Source: Octopus bimaculoides
Lineage: Eukaryota
Length of the DNA: 63,981 nt
Assembly: GCF_001194135.2 (NCBI RefSeq)
Contig: NC_068982.1
Location: 122,850,026-122,914,006 of the forward strand
Direction of reading: 5' to 3'
This document shows, piece by piece, positions 24,833 through 37,318 of this stretch. Numbering within the stretch: the stretch's first letter is position 1; each line of letters starts with the position of its first letter. Made by a program: the position numbers and the translations under genes. The notes beneath the pieces were generated by a model. That model ran no database searches. It was not told the DNA's origin and was given only the letters and a program-made list of their open reading frames with translations.

Positions 24833-25130
24833 TCAAACAGCTAGCTCCTGTACAATATTGGAAGCTCTCCTGCATTCAGCTTGTTCAGGTGTTTCTAATG
24901 CCCTTTCTCTCCTCTTGGTAAGAGCATTTGATGCTTTCCTGGATGCAGCCTGTTCAGGAGTTTGAGAGTCCCTAAGTATTTACATATTCTCAGTATTGGA
25001 AGCTCTCCTGGCTGCCATTTGACGTGAGTTTTCATTTGCATGAGACTTTCTTTTCCTTGCTGCTGCCTTGGCTTTTTCATGGGTGACTTTCACTGGATTT
25101 AGCAATTTATTTCGATTATTCCCAAATTTA
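24833..25130 (-). mobile_element. STPR-repeat remnant, probably from a Helitron
   Basis: Translation ...ENSRQMAARRASNTENM*ILRDS-QTPEQAASRKASNALTKRRERAL-ETPEQAECRRASN shows an exact 23-aa period, as in STPR domains. One in-frame stop at 24980-24982. Confidence 0.7.
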
Positions 25131-26100
25131 TTTCCAGGTTATAAAAATTGTTATATGAATATGCTAATAGTTACATATGTACATACCTGTGGTGTGTGTC
25201 ACACTTAGTTGAAAGGAAGAGAGAAAAAGAGAGAAATGAAACTTGTTAAGCAGAAGAAGTATAGTTGAAGTAAGAAGCAAAGCAGCAAAGAATAGAGAGT
25301 AAGAAGGAGTGAGAGAGAGAGAGAGGACATTGATAGCATTGAGAGGTAAGAGAAATATATTGTGTTAAACACAGGGGAAAGATTAGAAGCAAGGAGACAT
25401 AGAGGAGGAAGGAGAAAGAGATTTAGGGAGACAGATTGAGTGAACAAAAGGAGTGGATAGAGAATGATAGTGAAAGAGAATGAAGCTATTCTCAGAGAGA
25501 AAATGCTGGAAAACTTTTCGCTTTGGACAATATATGATAAAGCCATTGTGACAGTTATTCTAAGCCATTTCAAAGGTATTTATATAAAATTTCATTAAAA
25601 AATACCAATTTTCCTGAAAGTTATGAGGCGGAAAATATCAGGTCATGTGAATTTTCCGAAACTGCTCTCCTTAGCTCCTCAGAAAATATTTTTCCAACAA
25701 ATCTCAATCAACAGGATCTAAGCAATTATTTATGGAATTTATGAGGCAACAAAGTCAATGGGGTATACATCTGTAGATATGCCCATAATTATTTGATAGT
25801 TATTAGATGAAGTCACTATTTACAGATGCTTACATTTTTTTATGTTTTCCATGAAGTTTTCACAGTCCAGCTAGTAAAAATTGTTATCGTACAAAAAATC
25901 ACGTAAAAAAATCACTGAAAACAATCTTATTAATGACAACTTGGGAATCCAAAATTTCAAGATTGTGGGTCTAGATTTAGCCCAGAATGTTTCTAATTTT
26001 CTCACTGAGTTGGCCTGATTCCAAAATGGTATGATATGTTGGGCTACAAGTGTCTGGGAATAAAGTTGAAAAAGTGTGACACACTAACATTCACATTTAT

Positions 26101-26137
<37 letters not shown>

Positions 26138-26147
26138 NNNNNNNNNN

Positions 26148-26181
<34 letters not shown>

Positions 26182-26394
26182 TCATTTAATGTCCTAATAT
26201 ATGTATATAAACATGATAGGCTTCTACACTCTTTCCTCCTACCAAATCCACTCACAAGGCATTGATTAGCTCAAAGTTACAGTAGAAATCACTTGCCCAA
26301 AGTGCTGAACAGTGTGACTGACCCCAAAACCATGTGGTTGCAAAGTGAGCTTCTTAACCACACAGCCTGTGCTTATATTTTTAAAATAAAATAT

Positions 26395-26625
26395 GCCGAA
26401 AATAAAGATATTTGGATATGAATGCATTGATGAAGCTCCAAATATAGATGACCTAGAAAGATTTGTAAAAATCATCTGTTCTCTGTAATACACAGCACAG
26501 CTATTAATTCTTTATCAGAGAGATTTGAACAGTTACAAAGTTTCAATAACTCATACACAATTTCAAATAACATAAAAGATTTACCAGATAAAAATAAATT
26601 GAGATTAGCATGTCATCAACAAAAG
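26395..26625 (+). mobile_element. hAT-superfamily transposase remnant
   Basis: KIKIFGYECIDEAP...ERF, frameshift, TAINSLSERFEQLQSFN resembles the hAT C-terminal pattern KKQFDYE...DTAIxSLxERFEQL. Confidence 0.6.
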
Positions 26626-26807
26626 ATCAATGGCACCTTCCAGACTTTCTCTCACCCTACCTCTATGCTCCACTCTGTATTTATTTATAACAAAACTATA
26701 TAATAATCATTGCTATTAACATACATACAGTTTCTCTCTCTTTCTCTCTCTCATCATATTAATGAACAGATTTCAAACCTTTGATGCTGTGTTTGAATTG
26801 TTCACTT

Positions 26808-27140
26808 CAGCTTATATTTTGTGGTCTGGCTCTCCATCGGTTACGACGACAAGTGTTTCAGTTCGTTCGATCAACAGAACAGCTTACTTGTCAAATTAAT
26901 GTGCAAGTGGCTGAGTATTCCACAGACACACATACCCTTAATGTAGTCCTCAGGGAAATTCAGCATGACACAGAATGTGACTAGGCTGGCCCTTTTGAAT
27001 TACAGGTACAATTGATTTTTATCAACTGAGTGGACTGGAGCAATGTGAAGTAAAGTACCCTGCTCAAAGACACAACTTGCTGCTGGGAATCGAACTCACA
27101 ATCTCAAGAGTGTAAGCCAAATAATCTAACTACTAAACCA
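26808..27140 (-). mobile_element. SINE, same subfamily as 21845-22150
   Basis: Colinear similarity; B-box-like gggaatcgaactc near the head. Confidence 0.82.
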
Positions 27141-27239
27141 AAAGTACTGAAATTCAGCTTACTGAGTGTGCTAGCACCCCTAGAGACAATCCTGCCAATA
27201 TAATGTAAGGCACAAGCATGACTGAGCCTAACGTTATAT

Positions 27240-27394
27240 CAGCAGGACTGTGGTTAATATGCTCACTTTGCAACCATGTCATTTCATGTTCAGTTCTATA
27301 ATGCAGCACCTTGAGCAAGTGTCTTCTATTGTAGCCCCAGGTCATCCAATGCTTTGTGAAGTGAATTTGATAAATAGAAATTTTGTGGAAGTTC

Positions 27395-27438
<44 letters not shown>

Positions 27439-27635
27439 TCCCTATCAACACTTGAGAACTGGTGTTGGTTTGTTTACATCACCTGTAACTTAGCTGTTCA
27501 ACAAAAGAAGCCAACAGAATAAATACCAAACTCAAAAAATAAGTACTAGGGGTAATTTGTTCAACTAAATCCCTCAAGATGGTGCCCCAGCATGGTCTTA
27601 GTCCAATGGGTGAAACAAGTAAAAGACAAAAGATA
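27240..27635 (+). mobile_element. Family C SINE
   Basis: Head ctgtggttaa...ttgcaaccatg...accttgagcaagtgtcttctattgtagcc, (TG)n, tail ...gaaacaagtaaaagacaaaag. Confidence 0.85.
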
Positions 27636-27777
27636 TATCAATACACTTAACATTAATCATTATATCTTAATATATTAAGATACAAATTTCTCAAATTTTT
27701 TCAGAAAATGAAAAATCTTAGAAATGTCAGTATCATTATAATTGATAATTTCACTATACAAATCGCTTGCTATAGAG

Positions 27778-28127
27778 TAGTGTTTCTTAACCTTTTTACC
27801 CTTGCATAACCCTTAAAATGAATTAGAAGTCCCAAGGAAGCTCCTGCACAAAAAAAAATTATATACCATATCTTTCTCATATTCTTTCCCCTCATAGTTC
27901 ACATGGTAAATATCATATATATATATGCTATATTTTTTTGATAACATAACAGGTTAGATAGGATGATGTCTATATTACAATATTACAATAATCAATAATA
28001 TTTTGTGCATGTATAGTAATATTACAATCATGAAATTAGCATAGCTTATCTCACTTTTTCTTGCAGAACTCCTAGGAACCTTTTGTGGAACTGCAAGGTT
28101 CCAGGGAACCCCAGTTGAGAAACACTG
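27778..28127. mobile_element. hAT MITE
   Basis: TIRs TAGTGTTTCTTAAC and GTTGAGAAACACTG; 8-bp TSD CTATAGAG / CTATCGAG (one mismatch). Confidence 0.85.
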
Positions 28128-30306
28128 CTATCGAGTGACAATTGAAATCAGAGAGAAGGAACATTAATGTGGTGTTTAGTCTATAATTTTATCTCATAAT
28201 TTTATTTATTCATGAAATTCCTCCAAGATTCCCTTTCACAATAAGAGCTAATATTTTATTAGATATACAAGTCCATAACAGGTCAAATGGATATTTCTGA
28301 ATTGCTATTTAACATTTAGCATTTTCTGTTAGTAAATCTGTGAAGATTGAAAATACCCACCATTAACAGAAGTGATGACAAGTTTTGTATAGTGCTGTGT
28401 TTCTCAAAGAAGGCACTGTGGCAAACTGGTGCATTGCAAGGTGGGGTGTGATCTTTTTTAAATCTTAAGTTAAGGCATTAAGAAATTCAGACTGATTGTT
28501 GAGCAACTTCAAAAATGTCTTATTCATTATTTTGTTACAGACAATTATAACTAATAAACAAGATACACAATGCTTCTGTGTGTGTGTAAGCATAAAAGAT
28601 AAAAAGTATGAACAAGCAAAACAACTGGTTTCAGCTTAAATTATAACATATCTTTAACACGGTGTTACATGAGTTTAGATCATAAGAAGGAAGGAAGTGA
28701 ATAGGTGTGCAGGAAGTCTCTAACAGCTGTTAGAACAAAAACACAGAATATACATATTATTCAAAGCAAGTGGTAGCAGTCAGTGATCTATTCCATCATC
28801 AGAGGAAGAATGAGATATAGCAGTGATCTATTCCATTGTTGGAAAGGGAATGAGAACCACTGATACAGTGTTGTCTGAATTGTGTGTGCGTAGTCTTAAT
28901 TAGAAGGAAATTCTGAGGTATTAATCCAAGTAAAGAAAGAGCAGTAGTAATAGGTGTATCATGATAATATGAATTTTATTCCAGTTTTGAGTGAATTATT
29001 AATTCACTTTAGTTTTTTTCTTTCTTTCATTCTCTCTCTTTTTTCTTCCTTTCCTTTTCTGTCTCTTCATCTCCCTTTCTCTCTCTTCCTTCCTCTCTCT
29101 GTTTTCCCTTTTCTATTTCTCCATAGTTGTAAAACACCTTAGAGAAGTCTGTCTTAAATTGGACAATAACAAGAACATAACAATAGACGTTGAAGATAAA
29201 GAGAAGGGGGAAGAGAGAGAGAGAGCATAAAATCAATAATTGTTATGTTGAGCTCAGTCCTCATCTGTGATGTCATACATTCTTTCATTTGCTTGCTAAT
29301 AATAATAATAATAATAATAATAATTACAATAATAATAGTTGTAATAATATTAATGACAATCAGATTTAGTCATTTCCTGTGATTCAGTTCAAACGTAGAT
29401 AAGGTGAGAGTGACTGTAATACTGTAGAGATGACCTATTAATTAAGCTTAATTTAAGCAGAGTCATTCAACACATGGAACCTATTTATAATTAGGTTGTG
29501 TCAATCTGTTTCTTAACCTCGTACAACAGTACAGCACCAGTAATATCAGCAGGTCATCACCCCAACAATTCAGCTATGGTTTTTAGGTTTCAGATGACAT
29601 AACTTTGATTCAACACACTTCAACTGACTCACTATACTGAATAGCCAAACAGTATAGCTGCACTTTACCTGTTTTACTCGTCAACTTCACAATTAGTTTC
29701 TGTTCATTTTACTTACAAATATATTCTCATTTAATGGTTCAGTCATTGAGACTGAAACATTTGAGTAATGAGGATCTGATTTCAATGGTTTAAGTCAATT
29801 ATATTAACTCCAGTATTTAATCTTTTATTGGAATCATGTACTTGCAAAATAAACTTCTCAATCACACATCCATATCTGCACCAATATAGTTCATAATTTT
29901 TCCAGGCATGCTATATATAAACATGCTTTTTGTAATCCAATAAGGGTTTGTCTTTTTCTAGGTTGTTGTTTGTCTCTGATTTCAATATTCACTTTGACAT
30001 CAGCTGGAGATCACTAAAAATTCCAGGTCATACTTGAATGCTACCAAGAGATACAAGCTTTGCATACCAGAAAAGAACATAACCTTAAGGAATTTGTTGA
30101 AACTAAGCCTGTACCTTAATTCCATGATGGAGATTTTCACTCTCTGCATACAAATGAGAAAATTCATACTCAGACACTGGTCACCACCTGCATAAACCCC
30201 ATCAATTCCTAGTATGCTCTTGTTCTTTATGATTTTTTTAATATTGTGTTACTGTAGGTCTTCATATGTGTTTCCTTTCATGCTGATTTTTTTAACTTCT
30301 GGCCCT

Positions 30307-30358
<52 letters not shown>

Positions 30359-30586
30359 GACTCTATTGCTATTTGTTTCTGTTTAATAATGTAACAGGTT
30401 TAGCAGAAGATTTGATTATTGTAAAGCTTGTACTTATTATGTTGGCGCATATGCACATATCAATTCATTTTAGTTAATTAGTACAGGAAGTAAAATTTTA
30501 TGAATACAAGTTCAAATTACAGTCACAACTAAATGTAGACTTCTCTGCTACAATTTGCTATAAATTATGATCTAATCACTAATGCA

Positions 30587-30810
30587 ATGGAAAAGAAGAA
30601 GGGCTTGTTACATACAGACATTTTGATCAGATTACCAAATAAGATTCCTTCCAATCAAATTGATTCCATTATATCTGCCAAATTTTCAGACTCTTGCAGG
30701 GAAGAAGAACTCTTTGAGTTGTGAAAGCTAAGATGGTTCATGGTTCTTGTGATGACATTTACTTTCCAAAGAAGTCAATGAAGGCATCAAATGGTGTGCA
30801 AGATCTTATT
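30587..30810 (+). mobile_element. Helitron Rep (HUH endonuclease) remnant
   Basis: EKKKGLLHTDILIRLPNKIPSNQIDSIISAKFSD...ELFE, frameshift, then KMVHGSC. Matches the Helitron pattern E(F/W)QKRGLPHxHIL...IDxIISAEIPD...MVHGPC. Confidence 0.75.
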
Positions 30811-31024
30811 TAGATTCAGATTATTTTAAGAATTAAAGAATTTTAAGAATAAAAGATAATAATTATGTTTAATAATAATTTGAAATAGAATAAAACTGTT
30901 TTATATTTGCTGAGTCCTGTGTTTTTATTTAATATGTTCGAATTAGACGCTTAAATTATGAAATATACCATTGATATTGAATGCTTGACTGCCTATCAAT
31001 GATGCAATACTTTAGACACTGGGC

Positions 31025-31246
31025 TACCACCATATTTTCCAGCATACGAGTTGAATTTTTCAGACCAAAATTTACTGCCAAAAAAAAAATAAATAAAGGT
31101 AGGTTGACTGATAACACCAAGACAACTTTGGGGGACCAAAAATTCTATGCGAAATGCAGCAGGAGTTGGAAAAATAATGACAATATTTGAATGTTTAAAT
31201 GTTTACACTTTATACTACATCAACTTATATTCTGGAAAATATGGTA
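31025..31246. mobile_element. Tc1/mariner (Tc2/pogo-type) MITE, copy 2
   Basis: TIRs CCATATTTTCCAGCATACGAGTTGA and TCAACTTATATTCTGGAAAATATGGTA; shares aatttttcagaccaaa...cagcagga with copy 1. Confidence 0.78.
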
Positions 31247-31825
31247 TGACTGCTATGCAGACATTGAAAAACAATTTAATTTCTTACATAAGAGATACTT
31301 TCAAAACAAATGCAACAGTGCTTTATAAACCAAATATGCCTTTATTAAGAACATTTCTGGACTATTTCTGGCTACTTTTCAGTTTGTAAGCACTAGTACA
31401 TACAAGTATGTATGTATACATACATATATACATACATATATATATNNNNNNNNNNNNNNNNNNNNNNNNNNNNNNNNNNNNNNNNNNNNNNNNNNNNNNN
31501 NNNNNNNNNNNNNNNNNNNNNNNNNNNNNNNNNNNNNNNNNNNNNNNNATATATGTATTGAGTATTTGAAGTGGTGTACAGATATTGTATATTTAGAAAA
31601 AGGAAGTAGTCAAATTTTTGGATAAATTTTTATTAGTGCTTTCATTCGTTTAATTTGGATTTATCTTTTTGAAGAGTTCAGTTAAACGAACAAAAGCGTT
31701 AATAAGAAATTATCCAAAATTCTGACTGCCTCCTTTTTCTCAATATATATATATATATATATATACATGCACACACACACACACACACACACACACGTGA
31801 GTATGTGTGTGTGTGTGCCCTCGAC

Positions 31826-32232
31826 TATAGGCACAAGCTTGACTGTGTGGTTAAGAAGCTCATTTTGCAACCACATGGTCTCAGGTTCAGTCAACTGTAG
31901 TTCCAGGGGTCAAACAATGCCTTGTGAGTGAATTTGGTTGACAAGAATTGTGCGAAATCATATCATCATCATTAAACATCCATTGTCCATGCTGGCATGG
32001 ATTGGATGATACATTTAGATATAGATATGTAGGTATATCTATATGCCTACATGTGTGTGTGTGCATATTTTTATGTTTTCTCCCACTGCCACTTGAGAAA
32101 TGGTGTTTGTTTACATTCTGGCAACATAGTAGTTCAACAAAAAATATGTATCAAACTAAAACAAGAAATAGATGTTGGGGTCAATTTTGTTGAACTAACA
32201 TGGCAGTCCAATGACAAACAAGTAAAAGATAA
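31826..32232 (+). mobile_element. Family C SINE with an antisense family A tail fragment inside its microsatellite
   Basis: Family C head and tail; catcatcattaaacatccattgtccatgctggcatggattgg at about 31960-32010. Confidence 0.8.
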
Positions 32233-32469
32233 AAGATACATGCTATGCCACACTCAAGTATAGTCCACAAACAAAACTAAATACTGGCAACTACAAAACA
32301 GAAAAACCCTTATCTGAAAAATAAAAAGGATTAATCAAAAAATCAATTAATCTCGACAGCATCTGTAAAACAACACCCCACTGCACCCACCCACCCCTGT
32401 ACACCCGATCTTAAATATCCCTTAATATCCTGTATATGATAGCAGCTATAGATAGAATTAAAAACAGCT

Positions 32470-34020
32470 GAGGGCCTCTAGGTTCCCTGATAGAGTCCTG
32501 AAGGAGTGTTGACATTAACTCACATCCTCTCTGGCTATTCTCTTGAAGAAATCATTGTTTGCTGGTCATATTCCTAATAATTTTCTATCCTAGCTGATTA
32601 TTCCAGTTTTCAAAAAGGAAACAAATCACTCACAGTGAATTACCGGCTGACCTCATTTACCTCTGATATCATCAAATTATTTGAGAGAGTGATGAGATCT
32701 TGAGTAACTTCCTTCTTGGAGAGTAATAGTCTGCTTATTTCCAACCAACATGCTTTCTGTAATGGCACAGACTGTCTAACATAGTTTCTACATCACTTTG
32801 ACAATGTCCTAAAGGCTCTTGGAGTCGGTTCCAAAGCAGATGTCATACATCTTGACTTCAGCAAGGCCTTTGATAAAGTTGACACAAAACTATCCAACAT
32901 TGGAGCCCAAAGGTAACTATGAAAATGGATTTAGTGTTTTCTGGTGTACACTCAGCTTGTAGTAATCAATGGTATTCAATTAAGCTCAGTAAGAGTCATT
33001 AGTGGAGTCCCACAAAGCATTGTATTGGTCCCACTTTTCTTCATTATTTACATTAATGACATCATCAAACACAACTTTAAAATTTTGCAGATGATTCTAA
33101 GCTTCTGAAGGTTGTCAGCAGGGTACAAGACAAGATAATCAGATTTGTCCACTGTCATCCAATGGGTAGAAAAACACAATATGATGCTAAATGGGGATAA
33201 ATTTGAATTAATCCACTTCAGTAAAGAAGCTGCACTTAAGCTACCATATACTCTATCCTTGGATGAAAACCTCATGGCATCGAACACTACTAGGGATATC
33301 AGAATAACTGTTGACAACAGTTTAAGCTGGAATGCCCTCATAAACCACAAAGATGACATGGCCCACAGAACATGCTCCTGGATCCTTAGGACTTACCAAT
33401 CCAGAGATGCTCTCATCATTATCCTTCTCTTCTCTACATTTGCCCATCCTCATCTTGAATACTGTTGTCTGCCATGGTCTCTCTACATGAAGCAAACTAT
33501 TATAAAAATTGAGGCATCCTTAAGATCAATCACAACAAAAAAAATAGATGATATGTCTAGTCTTGATTACTAGGATTGGCACAAGAAGTTTAAACTATGT
33601 TCCCTCCAAAGCTGCCATGAGCACTGTATCATTTGTATGATGTGGAAAATATTCCATCAACATTGCCCAAACAATGTTGGCATCAACTTTAAAATTCACC
33701 CAAGGCACGGTCCCCTCTACCTTTTGTCCTCTGCAAAAATTGTGCTCACATCACATCACACAGTAAGACAGAGCTACTTAACTTCAACTAGCCCTGTACC
33801 AATACACATAAAAGAAGAGAAAGATCTCACAAAATTCAAACACTTCCTGGATGAATACCACCAACACCTGGATATATGTCTGCAAACAATAACACTTTAT
33901 TCAAATGGACTATAGTGTCCAAAGTATGACTAACATGAAGCATGATTAAATGTTTTCTCAAATGGTGCTATTAAGTCAGTCATGGCCTAGGCCAATTCTG
34001 GTCAAAACCTAACTATAATT
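32470..34020 (+). mobile_element. 5'-truncated, decayed CR1/L2-group LINE (reverse transcriptase and 3' end)
   Basis: Frameshifted RT motifs VNYRLTSFTSDIIKLFERVMR, LDFSKAFDKVD, SGVPQSIVLVPLFFIIYIND, FADDSKL, then HPHLEYCCLPWS and KIHPRHGP. Confidence 0.9.
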
Positions 34021-34149
34021 ATCAAACTTCTAGAATCGTTTTAAAAGCTGTCATGTAATTAATTGTTGAAATTTAAAAGTTGCCTGAACGGATACTTTTA
34101 TCTAAGAAATTTGTTTTAAAAAAAAGAAAAACTTTTCTCATTAAAAACA

Positions 34150-34189
34150 CTGACTGGTCAGCTGCTGCGTGAATCACATTCAACAAGAG
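34150..34189 (+). other. Possible non-coding 5' exon spliced to 34852
   Basis: Donor-like AAGAG|GTAAAA at 34190 and a (CT)n tract ending in tacag| at 34851 upstream of the ATG exon. The start coordinate is a guess and there is no transcript evidence. Confidence 0.3.
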
Positions 34190-34800
34190 GTAAAACTTGC
34201 TTAGTACCTGTAACTTCGTTACTGTCTATTGTAGCTGTTTTACTCTCGTTACCCCCTCACCTTATCTTAACTTACTATAGTTATCTGCCTCATCCTGCAT
34301 TCCCCTTCCTCCAATTGTCAGTAAGCCTTCTCACTACATTATCTTCTCCACTCTCTTTAACTCAAGCAGCGGGGAGCGGGGGCTAACTTATCAAATTTTA
34401 TCAATCTACGTTAACTTTCAAATTATTCTCTCCGTGTAACTTCTCAGTTTTTTTGCCCTCCTGTGTGTGTATGTGATATACATATGAGAGTGTAGTGAAA
34501 GTCGCTTATTGTGATCGCTTTGGGACGAAGCCAGATATGAATATGAAGCAAATCTAATTACAATAATCAGTTGATTATATTAAGTGACTGCTACTGTATG
34601 TATATCTGTTGATCTGTCGTCCCTTGTATTCTTATTCTCTTCCTCTCATTTCATTGTCTGTCATTTGAGTGTATATACTTTCTGCTTGTATGGTTTTGCT
34701 GAGTAACACTGTTCCTTTCCTTCCCTTTCTAAATATACTTTCTCTTTCTCTCTTACTTTCACTCTATTCTCCCTCTCTATATACCTTCCCACTCCTTCCT

Positions 34801-34842
<42 letters not shown>

Positions 34843-34956
34843 ATAATACAGGTGCACTCACAGCACCCCCTCCTCTACACACACTCGTAACAGTCTCAAC
34901 GCAAAGAATTCTGGGTAAAATTACCTGGAAGGAAATTTGAATTGTGTTCATGTGAA

Positions 34957-35032
34957 ATGCAGCAGCAGCCGATTTATCCGAAATTAACTCGTTTCGAGCG
35001 TGGACTTCCCCTCAGAGAGTCCAGAACATATG
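34957..35032 (+). CDS. DEPDC7: DEP domain-containing protein 7/4-like, coding exon 1 (MQQQPIYPKLTRFERGLPLRESRTY)
   Basis: ATG in a CpG-rich region with an in-frame upstream TAA (34888-34890). Strong donor G|GTAAGT at 35033. Phase 1 matches the phase-1 acceptor at 53606 (G+CT = Ala). The link across an 18.6-kb intron is inferred. Confidence 0.65.
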
Positions 35033-35401
35033 GTAAGTGTACTAGAAGATAGAATATATCATTTCTGAAGCAATGTTTAATTTAATTATTTCAGTTTCAA
35101 ATTAGAAACAACACTACGAGTGACGATGTTTATGTTTACCAGAAACTTTTGTCGACTGAATTTCAGGTTTATTATTTTACTAAAGGCAATTATCCCGTAT
35201 TCTTCTAGTTACCGAATTGTTTTATTACCTTCCCAAATATTAGGTGTGTGCGGTATAAGATTCTAAGATAATTCGATGTTTAGTATATGAGGGTATGATA
35301 AATTTCCTCAAATGGTTTATACCAACCTTCAAGTTAATTAATTCCGGTAGACTTGTTGAACACGTTTAAGTCACACACGAATCACTTATAAAGGTGTGTG
35401 C

Positions 35402-35442
<41 letters not shown>

Positions 35443-36466
35443 TATGTATGCATACAAGGAAATAAAGGAATATCTAAATTTACCTGAGGTGTTGTTAAGG
35501 AGTGCTTCATGCTTTATTACTCGAGCACTTCTCTTAATTGTCACCTTACAAATATACTGTATAACTTTATACAAGCTACATCTTTACAACAGAGAAACCT
35601 TTATATATATAGATAGATAGCGTATCGGTACACTCATACGCACAGAATTTTGTATATGTGTATGTATAACACGAAGAACACGTTTTTCATTTATTTTTTC
35701 TATTCACCTAATTACAATACATTGTTATTTGCGTTCATTTTCGATAAATAAAATTGCAGTTTTTTCTCTTATAAATTTATATGAAACCTTAGGTATTTAA
35801 GAGCGGAGAAATGCAAAACTGTGACATTCAGCTTATTCTATATAGGCAGTAGCTTATACAATTATTATTATTCTAAAAGTATTGCCGGAAAAGACAGCCA
35901 GTACGAAGTGTGACCAGTTTTATCTATCTATCTATCTATATATAATCAGCAATTATAGTAAGTCTATTTGTGATCTTTTTATAAACTAAAACTAGTGACT
36001 CGCGTCTAAATTAATTAACGTCCGAAAATGTTAATCTTTGAAAATTCCATTTCGTAAAAATTATCAGATATTGAATTCTTCCCCGCCCACCCTTCGTCGC
36101 AATCACGTGTTCTCTGTGACGATTACCCCACTATTGCAAGCTGTCTGATGGCTAGGGGTACAGGAGACTGGAAGGAGTTAGGGCAGACAAAGCTTCTATT
36201 ATTATTTATTTATTTTCTTCATCGATGACACCTCCATCAAGTTCTTTAAGTGTCAAGTGGAATGGGAAGTTGGGTAGCTTAAATTTATTTGCACCAATAA
36301 AGGATCACTTATTGCGGATATAGAGGAGGAACGTTTTATACCTGAAGCGAAAGGTGGTCGGATTTCACTTTTATTGTATATGTATGTATGTATCTATGTA
36401 TGTGTGCATGCATCCAGCTATCCATCCATATATATATGGAGGGATGTATGCATGCACACACACACG

Positions 36467-36497
<31 letters not shown>

Positions 36498-37273
36498 NNN
36501 NNNNNNNNNNNNNNNNNNNNNNNNNNNNNNNNNNNNNNNNNNNNNNNNNNNNNNNNNNNNNNNNNNNNNNNNNNNNNNNNNNNNNNNNNNNNNNNNNNNN
36601 NNNNNNNNNNNNNNNNNNNNNNNNNNNNNNNNNNNNNNNNNNNNNNNNNNNNNNNNNNNNNNNNNNNNNNNNNNNNNNNNNNNNNNNNNNNNNNNNNNNN
36701 NNNNNNNNNNNNNNNNNNNNNNNNNNNNNNNNNNNNNNNNNNNNNNNNNNNNNNNNNNNNNNNNNNNNNNNNNNNNNNNNNNNNNNNNNNNNNNNNNNNN
36801 NNNNNNNNNNNNNNNNNNNNNNNNNNNNNNNNNNNNNNNNNNNNNNNNNNNNNNNNNNNNNNNNNNNNNNNNNNNNNNNNNNNNNNNNNNNNNNNNNNNN
36901 NNNNNNNNNNNNNNNNNNNNNNNNNNNNNNNNNNNNNNNNNNNNNNNNNNNNNNNNNNNNNNNNNNNNNNNNNNNNNNNNNNNNNNNNNNNNNNNNNNNN
37001 NNNNNNNNNNNNNNNNNNNNNNNNNNNNNNNNNNNNNNNNNNNNNNNNNNNNNNNNNNNNNNNNNNNNNNNNNNNNNNNNNNNNNNNNNNNNNNNNNNNN
37101 NNNNNNNNNNNNNNNNNNNNNNNNNNNNNNNNNNNNNNNNNNNNNNNNNNNNNNNNNNNNNNNNNNNNNNNNNNNNNNNNNNNNNNNNNNNNNNNNNNNN
37201 NNNNNNNNNNNNNNNNNNNNNNNNNNNNNNNNNNNNNNNNNNNNNNNNNNNNNNNNNNNNNNNNNNNNNNNNN
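36498..37273. other. Assembly gap flanked by (TA)n (largest of ten N runs)
   Basis: Other N runs near 12364-12439, 15688-15699, 18373-18819, 19998-20007, 26139-26147, 31446-31548, 43628-43711 and 47406-47759. Confidence 0.99.

Positions 37274-37318
<45 letters not shown>

Larger units (their letters stand above)
34140..36360 (+). promoter_or_regulatory. CpG-retaining promoter and first-intron region of the DEPDC7-like gene
   Basis: Visibly many more CG dinucleotides than the CpG-depleted flanks (judged by eye, not counted). GC-box-like gcggggagcggggg near 34369, (CT)n at about 34806-34840, few SINE insertions. Confidence 0.6.

Noticed and set aside
29960-30230. SDFNIHFD, similar to the LINE endonuclease GDFNIH motif
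   Set aside because: Single motif in heavily decayed sequence; not enough to call a feature.
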